Positions 9,821 through 19,281 of a DNA stretch of 64,000 nt are shown piece after piece. Source of the DNA: Phycisphaerae bacterium (GTDB lineage: Bacteria > Planctomycetota > Phycisphaerae > UBA1845 > Fen-1342). Numbering within the stretch: position 1 is the stretch's first letter; each line of letters begins with the position of its first letter. The translations under genes and the position numbers were made by a program. Location of the stretch: NCBI GenBank assembly GCA_050115495.1, contig JASFQK010000018.1, forward strand, positions 1 to 64,000. The letters are read 5' to 3'. Under the pieces are notes generated by a model that was not told where the DNA came from, ran no database searches, and worked only from the letters and a program-made list of their open reading frames with translations.

Positions 9821-11272
9821 ATGGATCCGCACGAGTTCGATGACGGTGATCTGAAGCGGCAACTGGACGATGCCCTCGGCGGGCTCGACCAGGAGGAGCT
9901 CGAACGCCTGGCTCACGAGGGCCCGTCCGAGCCCCACGCCGATGAGCGGGGGCGGATCCGCGGGCGTATCGCCAGCATCCGGGGTTCCGACGTCTTTGTC
10001 GACATCGGCGGCAAGAGCGAAGGGCTGCTCTCGCTCGACGAGTTCGAGCCCGACCAGCCGCCCACGGTCGGCCAGGTGCTCGACCTCGTGCCGCACGGCT
10101 TCGATCAGCAGCTCGGCCTCATGCGCCTGTCGCTGCGCGAGGTCAAGCTCCAGGTCGACGTCGAGTCGGTTCGCGTCGGCGACGTCGTGAAGGGCCGCGT
10201 GACCGGCAGCAACATCGGCGGGCTCGAGCTGCGCGTGCAGGGGGCCCGCGGCTTCATGCCCATGAGCCAGGTGGACCTCGTGCGCCACGAGGACTTCGGG
10301 GCGTTCATCGGCCGCTGGCTCGAGGCGGAAGTGACCGAGGTCGACCGCCGCGGGCGTCGCCTGGTGCTCAGCCGCCGCCGCGTGCTCGAACGCGAGCGCG
10401 AGGAAGAGCGTCAGCAACTGCGCTATCAGCTTGCCGAGGGACAGGTGCGGCCGGGCAAGGTCGTCCGCATCGTCGATTTCGGCGCTTTCGTCGATCTCGG
10501 CGGCATCGAGGGCTTGTTGCACATCAGCGACATGAGCTGGGGCCGCCTGCGGCATCCGTCCGAAGCGGTCAAGATCGGCGAAGAGATCCAGGTCCAGGTG
10601 CTCAAGATCGACCTGGTAAAGGATCGCATCTCGCTCGGCATGAAGCAGATGAGCGCCGATCCCTGGACGCTCGTACCGACGAATTACTCGACCGGTCAGA
10701 CGATCGACGCCCGCGTGCTGAAGCTGGCAAACTTCGGCGCGTTCGTCGAACTCGAGCCGGGTGTCGAGGGGCTCATCCCCATCAGCGAGATGAGCTGGAC
10801 GCAGCACATCCGTCACCCGAAGGACATCCTCAAAGAAGGCGACAGCGTTCGCGTCTCGATCCTGGCGCTCGACCCTGAGAACCGCAAGCTCACGCTCAGC
10901 CTGAAGGCCCTCGAGCAGGACCCCTGGACGAGCGTCACGGAGCGCTACACGCCCGACAGCGTGGTCAGCGGGGCCGTCATGCGCACCACCAAGTTCGGCG
11001 CCTTCGTTCAACTCGAAGAGGGCGTCGAGGGGCTGGTGCACATCTCCCAGCTCAGCCACCAGCACGTGCGTAACGTTGAGGACGTGGTCAAGCCCGGGCA
11101 GGTCGTACAGGTGCGCGTGCTCTCGGTCGACGCCGAGCAGCGGCGCATCTCGCTGTCGATGAAGGCCGCGGTCGAGGCGCCCCCGTCAGAGGCTTCGGCC
11201 GAGTCCGGTCACGCCCCGCCGCCGCCCGAGAAACGGCGGAAGAAGCCGCTGCGTGGCGGATTGTCCTGGTAA
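9821..11272 (+). CDS. Multi-S1-domain RNA-binding protein (ribosomal protein S1 paralogue, about 5 S1 domains)
   Basis: Repeated FGAFV.L..G.EGL.HIS motifs; C-terminal KKPLRGGL tail. Confidence 0.85.
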   Translation: MDPHEFDDGDLKRQLDDALGGLDQEELERLAHEGPSEPHADERGRIRGRIASIRGSDVFVDIGGKSEGLLSLDEFEPDQPPTVGQVLDLVPHGFDQQLGLMRLSLREVKLQVDVESVRVGDVVKGRVTGSNIGGLELRVQGARGFMPMSQVDLVRHEDFGAFIGRWLEAEVTEVDRRGRRLVLSRRRVLEREREEERQQLRYQLAEGQVRPGKVVRIVDFGAFVDLGGIEGLLHISDMSWGRLRHPSEAVKIGEEIQVQVLKIDLVKDRISLGMKQMSADPWTLVPTNYSTGQTIDARVLKLANFGAFVELEPGVEGLIPISEMSWTQHIRHPKDILKEGDSVRVSILALDPENRKLTLSLKALEQDPWTSVTERYTPDSVVSGAVMRTTKFGAFVQLEEGVEGLVHISQLSHQHVRNVEDVVKPGQVVQVRVLSVDAEQRRISLSMKAAVEAPPSEASAESGHAPPPPEKRRKKPLRGGLSW

Positions 11273-11304
11273 CAGGGGACGGCGACGATCGTCCTATAAC
11301 CCCC

Positions 11305-11970
11305 TCAGAGTGCGACACCCGGCGTGATCGGGCCGCCCAGGCTGCGCCACAGGTACCACGATGCATACGACCGGTACGGCCGCCAGGGCTCGCCCAGCGC
11401 GGTGAGTTCGGCCGCTGTCGGCGGTTCGGCTGCGCCGAGGAGCTGCTGGGCGGCCTTGCGCAGCCCAAGATCGTCGATGGGCCAGACGTCCGGCCGCCCC
11501 AGGCAGAACATCAGCAGCATCTCGGCGGTCCAGCGGCCCACGCCTTTCAGGCGAGTGGCGGCCGTGATGACCTCCTCGTCCGACATCTTGCGAAGGCCCG
11601 CCCGGGTCAGCGTTCGGGAGGCGAACGCTTCGGCCACGCCGTGGATGTACTCGACTTTCTGGCGAGACAGGCCCGCCGAGCGGAGTTCGTCGACGGAGAG
11701 CGCGAGGATCGCCGCCGGCGTGAGGCGTTTGCGCGGGCAGAGGGCCCGCAGTCGCCGAAAGATCGTGGTGCCGGCGGCCATGGACACCTGCTGCTGCACG
11801 ATCGAGCCGACGAGCGCCACGAACGGGTCCGGCGTGCTGACCGGCCCCGGAACGCCGAACTGGCGGATCAACGGCGCCAGTCGGCGGTCGCGACGGGCGA
11901 GGTAGCGAGCAGCCACGGCGGCCGGGCCGTCGCCCTGTGGTGAGTCCTTGCTCGGTGAGCCCTTCGTCAT
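11305..11970 (-). CDS. alkA: DNA-3-methyladenine glycosylase II (AlkA family, HhH-GPD)
   Basis: IVQQQVS, LKGVGRWTAEM, WPIDDLG and W.PYRSYA motifs. Confidence 0.85.
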   Translation of the reverse strand: MTKGSPSKDSPQGDGPAAVAARYLARRDRRLAPLIRQFGVPGPVSTPDPFVALVGSIVQQQVSMAAGTTIFRRLRALCPRKRLTPAAILALSVDELRSAGLSRQKVEYIHGVAEAFASRTLTRAGLRKMSDEEVITAATRLKGVGRWTAEMLLMFCLGRPDVWPIDDLGLRKAAQQLLGAAEPPTAAELTALGEPWRPYRSYASWYLWRSLGGPITPGVAL

Positions 11971-12012
11971 CGCGGCGATCTCCTCGTCCGGCAGAAGGTC
12001 CCGACATGGGGC

Positions 12013-12093
12013 GTGGCATGCCGAAGCGCAGCGCCGGCATGTTGTCCTTGTCGCGAGGGGAAGACATGCCGGCGCTGCGCTTCGGCATGCCAC
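12013..12093. repeat. REPIN-like element, family B: perfect 30-bp inverted repeat
   Basis: GTGGCATGCCGAAGCGCAGCGCCGGCATGT, a 21-nt spacer, then its exact reverse complement; related single copies at 239 and 57541. Confidence 0.85.
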
Positions 12094-12123
12094 ACTCCGG
12101 TTCATGGCTCACGGCTCACGGTA

Positions 12124-12726
12124 TCAGCGCCGGTGCAGGCGTTCCGACCAGTGCACGTACATCTCGGCCTCGACGCCGCCGTAGATGCCGTCCTTGAAGA
12201 CCGTGTCGCCGCGGAAGCGGTAGAAGTCGACGAACTTGTCCATGTACTCGATGCGCAGAGCGAGTTCGCCGTGATGGAGCAGGCACGTCGCCCGCGTGCA
12301 TTCGTCGGGGGCGTCTTCGAGGCTCGGCTCCGACTCGTCGAGGGAGAGCCCCGCCTGGTACGTGCGATAGAGCGCGATCGTGTCGTTCGCGAGGGACCGC
12401 GTCTTGACGAGAATGACGACGAGGTGCGTGCGGTCGCCGTCCAGCCCGTCGACCTCGCCGCGGTGTGAGAGAATGTCGAGGCGGATGGCGTCCTGGCCGT
12501 CGACCTTGGTGGGCTCGATCGCCAGGTGCGTCTTGTACGTGCCGTGGCTGAGGATGTTGCCTGGCCCGCCGCTCGGGTCCGCCGCATCCCACTTCTGCAG
12601 CACGAACGTGCCCTCTCCCGACCACGCACCGGTGGGGATCTCCGCCCGGCGGGGCGCACCGGCGCAGCCCACGCACAGCAGGACCACCACGAGCCCGAGG
12701 CCGCCAACGATTCTCTGTGCTGTCAT
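12124..12726 (-). CDS. Hypothetical lipoprotein
   Basis: MTAQRIVGGLGLVVVLLCVGC lipobox; AGGAGA RBS; typical codon pattern. Confidence 0.7.
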   Translation of the reverse strand: MTAQRIVGGLGLVVVLLCVGCAGAPRRAEIPTGAWSGEGTFVLQKWDAADPSGGPGNILSHGTYKTHLAIEPTKVDGQDAIRLDILSHRGEVDGLDGDRTHLVVILVKTRSLANDTIALYRTYQAGLSLDESEPSLEDAPDECTRATCLLHHGELALRIEYMDKFVDFYRFRGDTVFKDGIYGGVEAEMYVHWSERLHRR

Positions 12727-12769
12727 TCGTGTCTCTCCTTGCAAAGCGACTGGAGCGCCATCGGCCCGA

Positions 12770-14365
12770 TCAACGCGGCGGTGACGTCGACTCCGCACGG
12801 TCGGCCAGCAGGGCGCCGGCCTGCACGAGCGGATCGCTGTGGGCGACGACCGTCGCCGCGAGGGTCTCCGGGAACGGTTCTGCCGCCACGCGCTCGCCGC
12901 CGGCCGCCGCTGCTTCCCACGGCTCGGGCGGGTAGTTCCAGGCGGGGGCGTTGCGGTTGAGGAAATCGCGGAACGACGGTACACGCCGGCGCTTGCGGTT
13001 GTAGTAGTAGCGGATGCCGCTCCAGGCGGCCAGGTTCGCCACCCACGACCGGCCTTTCAGTGACCGAAAGCCGAGCCGCCGGCAGGCCGACCGCAGCGAG
13101 AAGAACTCGGCGAACGCCGCCATCTGCGCGTGCCGCAGCTCCTTCGGCGACATGCGCTTCGGGGCGAAGACGACCGACGCGCCGTTGTATCGTTCCCAGT
13201 CGCGCGTGCGAATGCGGCCCTCGCGCTCGTACTGCTCGAAGAATGCGGTTCCCGGATACGGCGTGAGCACGGGGTAGCAGCTCATCGCCAGTCGGGCCTT
13301 CTCGGCGAAGCGGACCGTCGCCTCGCAATCTCGCCAGTCGTCCGTATCGAAACCGAAGATGAACGCCCCCCACAGGCTGATGCCGAAGCTCTGGATCTTC
13401 GCGATGCGGTCGACGTACGTGTCGCTCTGGACGAACTTCTTGCCGGCGGCGGTGAGCGTGGATTGCCGCGGGCTCTCCAGTCCGAGGATCAGCCCGACGC
13501 AGCCGCTTTCGCGCATGGCCTGCATCAGCCGCTCGTTCCGGCTGATGAGAATATCGCACTGTGTGGTCCAGGAGATCTTCAGCGGGCGCAGCGCTTCGCA
13601 CAGTTCGAGGGCCCACTGGTGGCTGCCGCCGAAGTTGTCGTCGGCGAAGATGTAGCACCAGGCGCGGTGGCGTTCGCGAGCCTCGCGGATCTCCTCGACG
13701 ATGTCGGCGATGGCTCGCTGGCGGAACTTGCGGCCGAACACCGCCGGCGTCGTGCAGAAGTTGCAGTTGTGCGGGCAGCCGCGCGTCGTCTGGATCGGGT
13801 TGGCGATCAGGTAGTCGCGCGGGTCGTACACGTCCTTCCGCGGCGTCGCGATGGGAGCGGTTTCGAACGCGGTCCAGTCGTACACTCGGCGGAGTCCCTG
13901 GCGTGGATCGCCGCCGGCGGTCGCCGCCGACTCGAAGTCGCGGATCAGGTGCGGCAGCGTCGACTCGGCGTCGCCGCGGCAAACGGCGTCGGCGTGAGTC
14001 AGGGCTTCTTCCGGCAGGGCACTCGGGTGGATGCCGCCGAGAACGACGGTTACGCCGAGTTGGCGGTAGGCGTCGGCCAGGGCGTAGGCTCGCGGGGCCT
14101 GTGTGGTCATGACCGAGATGCCGACCAGGTCCACGTCGGCGGCGGGCCGGTGGGGTTCGGCGTGCACGCATTCGTCGATCAGCTCGACTTGCCAGTCGCG
14201 CGGCAAGACGGCGGCGCAGATGGTCAGGCCGGTCGGGGCGAACAGCCCGTTGCGCTTCCCTCCGGTCATCCAGCGAATGACCTTGCGCATCGTCGTGTTC
14301 GACAGCGGCGAGTTCGGGTTGATCAGCCGGATGCGGAAGCGCCGCGCCGGCTCGGCGTGGATCAT
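12770..14365 (-). CDS. B12-binding-domain radical SAM protein
   Basis: N-terminal cobalamin-binding fold (VVLGGIHP), RGCPHNCNFC (CxxxCxxC) and TPYPGT; start approximate. Confidence 0.88.
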   Translation of the reverse strand: MIHAEPARRFRIRLINPNSPLSNTTMRKVIRWMTGGKRNGLFAPTGLTICAAVLPRDWQVELIDECVHAEPHRPAADVDLVGISVMTTQAPRAYALADAYRQLGVTVVLGGIHPSALPEEALTHADAVCRGDAESTLPHLIRDFESAATAGGDPRQGLRRVYDWTAFETAPIATPRKDVYDPRDYLIANPIQTTRGCPHNCNFCTTPAVFGRKFRQRAIADIVEEIREARERHRAWCYIFADDNFGGSHQWALELCEALRPLKISWTTQCDILISRNERLMQAMRESGCVGLILGLESPRQSTLTAAGKKFVQSDTYVDRIAKIQSFGISLWGAFIFGFDTDDWRDCEATVRFAEKARLAMSCYPVLTPYPGTAFFEQYEREGRIRTRDWERYNGASVVFAPKRMSPKELRHAQMAAFAEFFSLRSACRRLGFRSLKGRSWVANLAAWSGIRYYYNRKRRRVPSFRDFLNRNAPAWNYPPEPWEAAAAGGERVAAEPFPETLAATVVAHSDPLVQAGALLADRAESTSPPR

Positions 14366-14522
14366 GACAACTCTCGCCCAAATGCGCCCGCGGACAACGA
14401 GTCCTGCGTTCGCCGTATTCTGCGGCTCCAACGGTCCGGCGTCCACTCGGCGAGCTGAACGGTAGCGTGGTGACCGAGGGGATTGGCGGAGTCTGTTGGG
14501 GATTGGGCGGATCGCTTGCCAC

Positions 14523-14772
14523 CCAGGGACTGAAGTCCCTGGCAACTATCGTGCGCCCTCCGGGCGAGGAAGAGGAGGAGGGGGGACGCCTTGGTCCAGG
14601 GACTGAAGTCCCTGGCAACCAACGTGCGCCCTCCGGGCGAAGATGAGGGCGCGCTTCCTCGCCCGGAGGGCGCGCGAACGTAGCCAGGGACTTCAGTCCC
14701 TGGTGGTGGCGTTCGGCGCCCCATCTCTCTGTTCTTCTCTGTTCGCTCTTCTTCTTCGCCCGGAGGGCGCAC
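14523..14772. repeat. REP cluster, family A: three full units and one partial unit
   Basis: Unit TCGCCCGGAGGGCGCRC-N4-GT(A/T)GCCAGGGACTTCAGTCCCTGG; two on the minus strand (14523-14567, 14596-14640), one on plus (14659-14703), half unit 14756-14772. Confidence 0.9.
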
Positions 14773-14793
14773 GAGCGCACGCCGGCGCAGCGC

Positions 14794-15768
14794 TCATTCG
14801 GGTAGGACGGCGGTGGGGGCGGGGCGGGGGGCGGCGCGGGCGGTGAGGGCCGCTTCGATCGTGTAGATCGCCACGCCGGCCCAGATGAAGATGAACGTCA
14901 CCACGTGGGCCGCGGTGAACGGCTCGTGATAGGCGAAGACCGCCAGCAGGAACTGGCCCGTCGGCGCCATGTAGTGGATGAAGCCGATCGTCGTGTAACG
15001 CAGCCGGCGAGCCGCCGCCGCGAAGAGGGCCAGCGGGACGGCCGTCACGACGCCCGCCAGGGCGAGCAGCACATCGGTGGAGGTCGAGCCGGACAGGAAC
15101 GCCGCCTGACCGCGGCTCATGATGAAGACCAGGAAGACCAGCGAGAGTGGCGCCAGCAACACGGTCTCGACGGTCAGTCCGACGAGGGCATCCGCCTTGG
15201 CCGTCTTGCGCAGCAGGCCGTAGAAGCCGAACGTGCCCGCCAGCACGAGGGCGACGCCCGGCAGCGTGCCCGCGGAGATCGTCAGGTACGCCACGCCGGT
15301 GACCGCCAGGGCCACGCTCACCGTCTGCCAGCGGCGCAGGCGTTCGCCGAGAAAGGCGAAGCCGAGCAGCACGTTCAGCAGGGGGTTGATGAAATAGCCC
15401 AGGCTGACCTGGAGAAGCTGATCGTGGGCCACCGCCCAGATGAACGTGAGCCAGTTGCCGGCGATGAGGCACGCGGTCGCCGCCAGCGTCCCGAGCGTTC
15501 GCCAGGAGCACAACGCGGTGACGAACACGGCCCATTTGTGGCGGACCGCCAGCACGACGAGCAGGAAGACGGCCGACCAGATGATGCGGTGGGCAACGAT
15601 CTCCAACGCCGGTACGTGCTCGATCGCCTTGAAGTAGATGGGGAACAGGCCCCACGAGCCGAACGCGGCGACGCCGTAGATCACGCCCAACCGCTGATCC
15701 GCCGCGGCGGCGCGCGGCGCGGCGGGGGCGTGCATCACGGCTTCGGTGGCGGTGGGGCCGGCGCTCAT
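14794..15768 (-). CDS. rarD: EamA-family transporter RarD
   Basis: WGLFPIYFK, AHRIIWS, SLGYFINPL and YGLLRK motifs; about 10 TM helices. Confidence 0.9.
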   Translation of the reverse strand: MSAGPTATEAVMHAPAAPRAAAADQRLGVIYGVAAFGSWGLFPIYFKAIEHVPALEIVAHRIIWSAVFLLVVLAVRHKWAVFVTALCSWRTLGTLAATACLIAGNWLTFIWAVAHDQLLQVSLGYFINPLLNVLLGFAFLGERLRRWQTVSVALAVTGVAYLTISAGTLPGVALVLAGTFGFYGLLRKTAKADALVGLTVETVLLAPLSLVFLVFIMSRGQAAFLSGSTSTDVLLALAGVVTAVPLALFAAAARRLRYTTIGFIHYMAPTGQFLLAVFAYHEPFTAAHVVTFIFIWAGVAIYTIEAALTARAAPRPAPTAVLPE

Positions 15769-15813
15769 ATGTCGGGATTGTATGCGGCCGATCGGCGGCG
15801 GGCCGGGCCGTGA

Positions 15814-17151
15814 TTACAGTTCGTAGCGGCTGCGCTCCCGGTCGTCGAGGATGTCGGCCAGCCGCATGCGGACGTAGTCGACGTCGATGGTGACCTGCTT
15901 GTTGGCCGCGTCCGACGCGTGGTAGGCGATCTCGGCGACGACTTTCTCCACGATCGTGTACAGCCGGCGGGCCCCGATGTTCTCCAGCGTCTCGTTCGCC
16001 TGGTACGCCATCTCGGCCATCTCGACGATGGCCTCGTCGGTGAAGGTGAGCTCGACGCCCTCGGTGCTCATTAGGGCGATCTGCTGCTTGATGAGGGCGT
16101 GCTCCGGCTGCGTGAGGATGCGATGGTAGTCCTCGGCGGTGAGGTCGTTCAGCTCGACGCGGTTGGCGAAGCGGCCCTGAAGCTCGGGCATCAGGTCGCT
16201 GGGGCTGGCCTGCGTGAACGCGCCGGCGGCGATAAACAGGATGTGATGCGTCCGCACCAGGCCGTAGCGCGTGCTTACCGTCGAACCTTCGACCAGCGGC
16301 AGCAGGTCACGCTGCACGCCCGAACGCGACACCTCAGGCCCGCTCGTCTCGGCGGCGACGCTCCCGCAGACCTTGTCCAGCTCGTCGAGGAAGACGACGC
16401 CGGTCTCTTCGCACCGGCGGATGGCATTCTGGTGCAGGGCGTCCTGGTCGATGAGCCGGTCTATCTCCTGCTGCGTCATGATTTCGAGGGCCTCGCCGAC
16501 GGGTAGCCGCCGGCGGTGGGTGCGCGCGGGCAGCACGCGCTCCATGAGCTGCTCGAAATCGGGCCCCATCTGGTCGAGGCCCATGGTGTTCATGACGTGC
16601 GGCGGAATGGAACGCTCCTCCACGGATACGTCGACCGAGTGCTCCTGGAGCCCGCCGGCCTTGAGCTGTGAACGCAGCTTCTCCCGGGTGCGCTGGCGGC
16701 GTTCGGCCTGCTCGGCGTCGGCGGGGTCGTGGCTGCCGAGGGGGAGGAGCTGGTCGAGGATGCGGTCCTCGGCGGCGCGGGTGGCCCGTTCGCGGATGTT
16801 GCGGGCGGCTTCCTCGCGTTCGAGGACGATGGCCCGCTCGACCAGGTCGCGGACGATGCCGTCGACGTCACGGCCGACGTAGCCGACTTCGGTGAACTTG
16901 GTGGCCTCGACCTTGATGAAGGGGGCGTGGATGAGCTGGCTGAGTCGGCGGGCGATCTCGGTCTTGCCGACGCCCGTCGGGCCGATCATGAGGATGTTCT
17001 TGGGGTAGACGTCCTCGCGGAGGTCGGGCGGCAAACGAAGCCGGCGCCAGCGGTTACGGATAGCGACCGCGACGGCGCGCTTGGCATCATCCTGGCCGAT
17101 GATGTAGCGGTCGAGGGCTTCAACGATCTGTCGGGGCGTCATTTCGTTCAT
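15814..17151 (-). CDS. hslU: ATP-dependent protease ATPase subunit HslU
   Basis: MTPRQIVEALDRYIIGQ, GPTGVGKT, GYVG pore loop, GVQRDLLP, ENIGARRL. Confidence 0.95.
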   Translation of the reverse strand: MNEMTPRQIVEALDRYIIGQDDAKRAVAVAIRNRWRRLRLPPDLREDVYPKNILMIGPTGVGKTEIARRLSQLIHAPFIKVEATKFTEVGYVGRDVDGIVRDLVERAIVLEREEAARNIRERATRAAEDRILDQLLPLGSHDPADAEQAERRQRTREKLRSQLKAGGLQEHSVDVSVEERSIPPHVMNTMGLDQMGPDFEQLMERVLPARTHRRRLPVGEALEIMTQQEIDRLIDQDALHQNAIRRCEETGVVFLDELDKVCGSVAAETSGPEVSRSGVQRDLLPLVEGSTVSTRYGLVRTHHILFIAAGAFTQASPSDLMPELQGRFANRVELNDLTAEDYHRILTQPEHALIKQQIALMSTEGVELTFTDEAIVEMAEMAYQANETLENIGARRLYTIVEKVVAEIAYHASDAANKQVTIDVDYVRMRLADILDDRERSRYEL

Positions 17152-17504
17152 GGCAATCCGCCCGTCGTGGGGGGCACTGCAACTCCGTACGAACGGCCGG
17201 AGTATATGGAGCGTATCATAGCTGGCGGGACAGTGAGGCGGCAAACCGCCCGCGGTCGCTGCCGGCCGCCGACCGGCCGAAACCGCTCCACGGAGCGTGC
17301 GGGCGTGCGCCCGGAGGCCGTCGGCGAAAAGGTGCAGCAAAGAGGTGATGAATGACCGATAAGGAAGGCCGGCGCGACGACGCGCACGCCGGCCCCGCGC
17401 CGCCGGAGGCATGCTCGTCCGCCGACTGGCGGACCGGTACCGGCGGCGCGGCGCAGGATCTAGAATGGTGTGAGCTCCGGGCCGAGCCGGAATGGAAGTG
17501 CCAC

Positions 17505-18632
17505 ATGAACCTGGACCAGATCCGCGAGAAGTTTCCGATCACGCGGCACTACAACTTCCAGAACCACGCGGCGATTGCGCCCCTGTCGGGACCGGCGGCG
17601 GAAGCGCTGACGGGCTACGCGCGGGAGATTTCTGAGTCTGCGTATCTGGAAGGAAATTATTATCGGGCTGCCGAGCGTGTCCGTAACGCCGCCGCCCATC
17701 TCCTCCACGCCGACGCCGACGAGGTCACGTTCGTCAAGAACACCTCCGAGGGTATCAATTACGTCGCCAACGGCATCCAGTGGGTGACGGGCGACAACGT
17801 CGTCTCGACCACGATGGAGTTCGCCGCCAACGTGTACCCGTGGCTGGCCCTGTCGGCCCGCGGCGTGCACCTCAAGCAGGTCGACGAAGAGGACGGGCGG
17901 GTGCCGTTCGACCGGCTGGCGGCGGCGATCGACAAGCGGACTCGCGTGGTCGCGATTTCCTCCGTTCAGTTCTCCAACGGCTTCCGCATCGACCTGACGC
18001 GGCTGGGTGAGCTGTGCAAGGAGAAGGGCGTTTTGCTCTTCGTCGACGCGATCCAGTCGCTGGGCGTGCACCCGATCGACGTGCGGGCGATGAACATCGA
18101 CTTCCTGGCGGCGGACGGCCACAAGTGGCTGTGCGGGCCGGAAGGGGCGGGAATTTTCTACTGCCGGCGCGAGTTGATCGGGCACCTGCACCCAACCGAG
18201 ATCGGCTACCTGGCGATGAAGCACGGCTACGAGACGAACGAGATCAAGATGGACCTGCGCGACGACGCGCGGCGGTTCGATAGCGGCGTGTACAACCTCG
18301 CCGGCATCTGCGCCATGGGGGCGTCGCTGAACCTGCTGCTCGACGTCGGAATTGACGAGGTCCAGGTGCAGGTCAAGGATCTCACCGATCAGCTCGTCGA
18401 AGGGCTGCGGCGGCGGGGCTGGAAAGTGCACAGCCCGCGCACGCCGAGCGAGTGGAGCGGGATCGTGACGTTCTCGGCGGACAAGCTGGATTTGCGCGAG
18501 CTGCGGCGACACCTGCGGGACGAGTTCCGCATCGTGGTCGCCAGCCGGCTCGGGCGGCTGCGGGCGAGTCCGCACTTCTATAACTCGCCGGAGGAGATCG
18601 ATCAGTTGGTGGAGGCGCTACCGGCGCAGTAG
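17505..18632 (+). CDS. Class V PLP-dependent aminotransferase / C-S lyase-like enzyme
   Basis: NTSEG, VDAIQSLG, DGHKWL (PLP Lys), RASPHFYN; lacks the C-terminal Cys motif of NifS/SufS. Confidence 0.85.
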   Translation: MNLDQIREKFPITRHYNFQNHAAIAPLSGPAAEALTGYAREISESAYLEGNYYRAAERVRNAAAHLLHADADEVTFVKNTSEGINYVANGIQWVTGDNVVSTTMEFAANVYPWLALSARGVHLKQVDEEDGRVPFDRLAAAIDKRTRVVAISSVQFSNGFRIDLTRLGELCKEKGVLLFVDAIQSLGVHPIDVRAMNIDFLAADGHKWLCGPEGAGIFYCRRELIGHLHPTEIGYLAMKHGYETNEIKMDLRDDARRFDSGVYNLAGICAMGASLNLLLDVGIDEVQVQVKDLTDQLVEGLRRRGWKVHSPRTPSEWSGIVTFSADKLDLRELRRHLRDEFRIVVASRLGRLRASPHFYNSPEEIDQLVEALPAQ

Positions 18633-18728
18633 GCGTCGGGGAAGCGGAGTTTCTCGGACGTGTGCGGCGCGATGGAGGCCGGCGCCGTGGAGGAGACACA
18701 GACGATGAGGCCACTTCATCCAACGGAG

Positions 18729-18758
18729 TTGTACGGACGCCCGCCGCGAAAGTATAAT
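18729..18758 (+). promoter_or_regulatory. Putative sigma70 promoter
   Basis: TTGTAC-18 nt-TATAAT upstream of the small ORF at 18804. Confidence 0.5.
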
Positions 18759-18803
18759 TCCTATGGAGAAAGGCGAGTATCGGGGAAGAGGCAGAGAGTG
18801 AGC

Positions 18804-19052
18804 ATGAGGAAGACGGCGACAACAATGCGTTGCGTTCCTCGCTACGGGTATGACAGCACGGAAGTGCGGACGATCGATCTGGACGTCGCCCCGGGCGCGG
18901 ACGAGCCCGAACTGCGTGAGCGAGTGCGGTTCTGGTTCGCCGTTCGCGGTATCGCCGACGCGCTGTACGACCTGGACGTGGACGACAACGGGTTCTTCGC
19001 GATCATCAACGACGAGGCGTACGCGCAGAGTTGGGGCACGTCGGTGCTGTAG
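18804..19052 (+). CDS. Small hypothetical protein (about 82 aa)
   Basis: Host-like codon usage, acidic globular sequence and its own promoter. Confidence 0.6.
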   Translation: MRKTATTMRCVPRYGYDSTEVRTIDLDVAPGADEPELRERVRFWFAVRGIADALYDLDVDDNGFFAIINDEAYAQSWGTSVL

Positions 19053-19095
19053 ACGATCGCCGGGCAGGGGGACACCTGGTGGCGGGGGACCTCCC

Positions 19096-19213
19096 ATTCA
19101 GATTTGAGATCTCAAATTTGAGATCTCAGATTGTCGCGCCGTGACGCCGGCTGCGGGAGAAACGCGTCCCTCTGCCCCTCTGCTCCTTTGCTCCTTTGCC
19201 CCTTCACCCCTTC
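19096..19213. repeat. Heptamer palindrome plus octamer tandem repeats between convergent genes
   Basis: TGAGATCTCAAATTTGAGATCTCA is a perfect 24-bp palindrome (19105-19128) built of 7-mers; (C/T)CCT(C/T)TGC-type 8-mers at 19168-19213. Confidence 0.7.
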
Positions 19214-19281
19214 GTCGCGCCGCCATGCCAGTCCGGGCGGAAGCGCGGGTGTTCGCGAACTCCCCTCACTGCGACGAACTG

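Noticed and set aside
14523..14772. CRISPR array
   Set aside because: Units occur in both orientations with low-complexity spacers and no cas genes, which fits REP elements.
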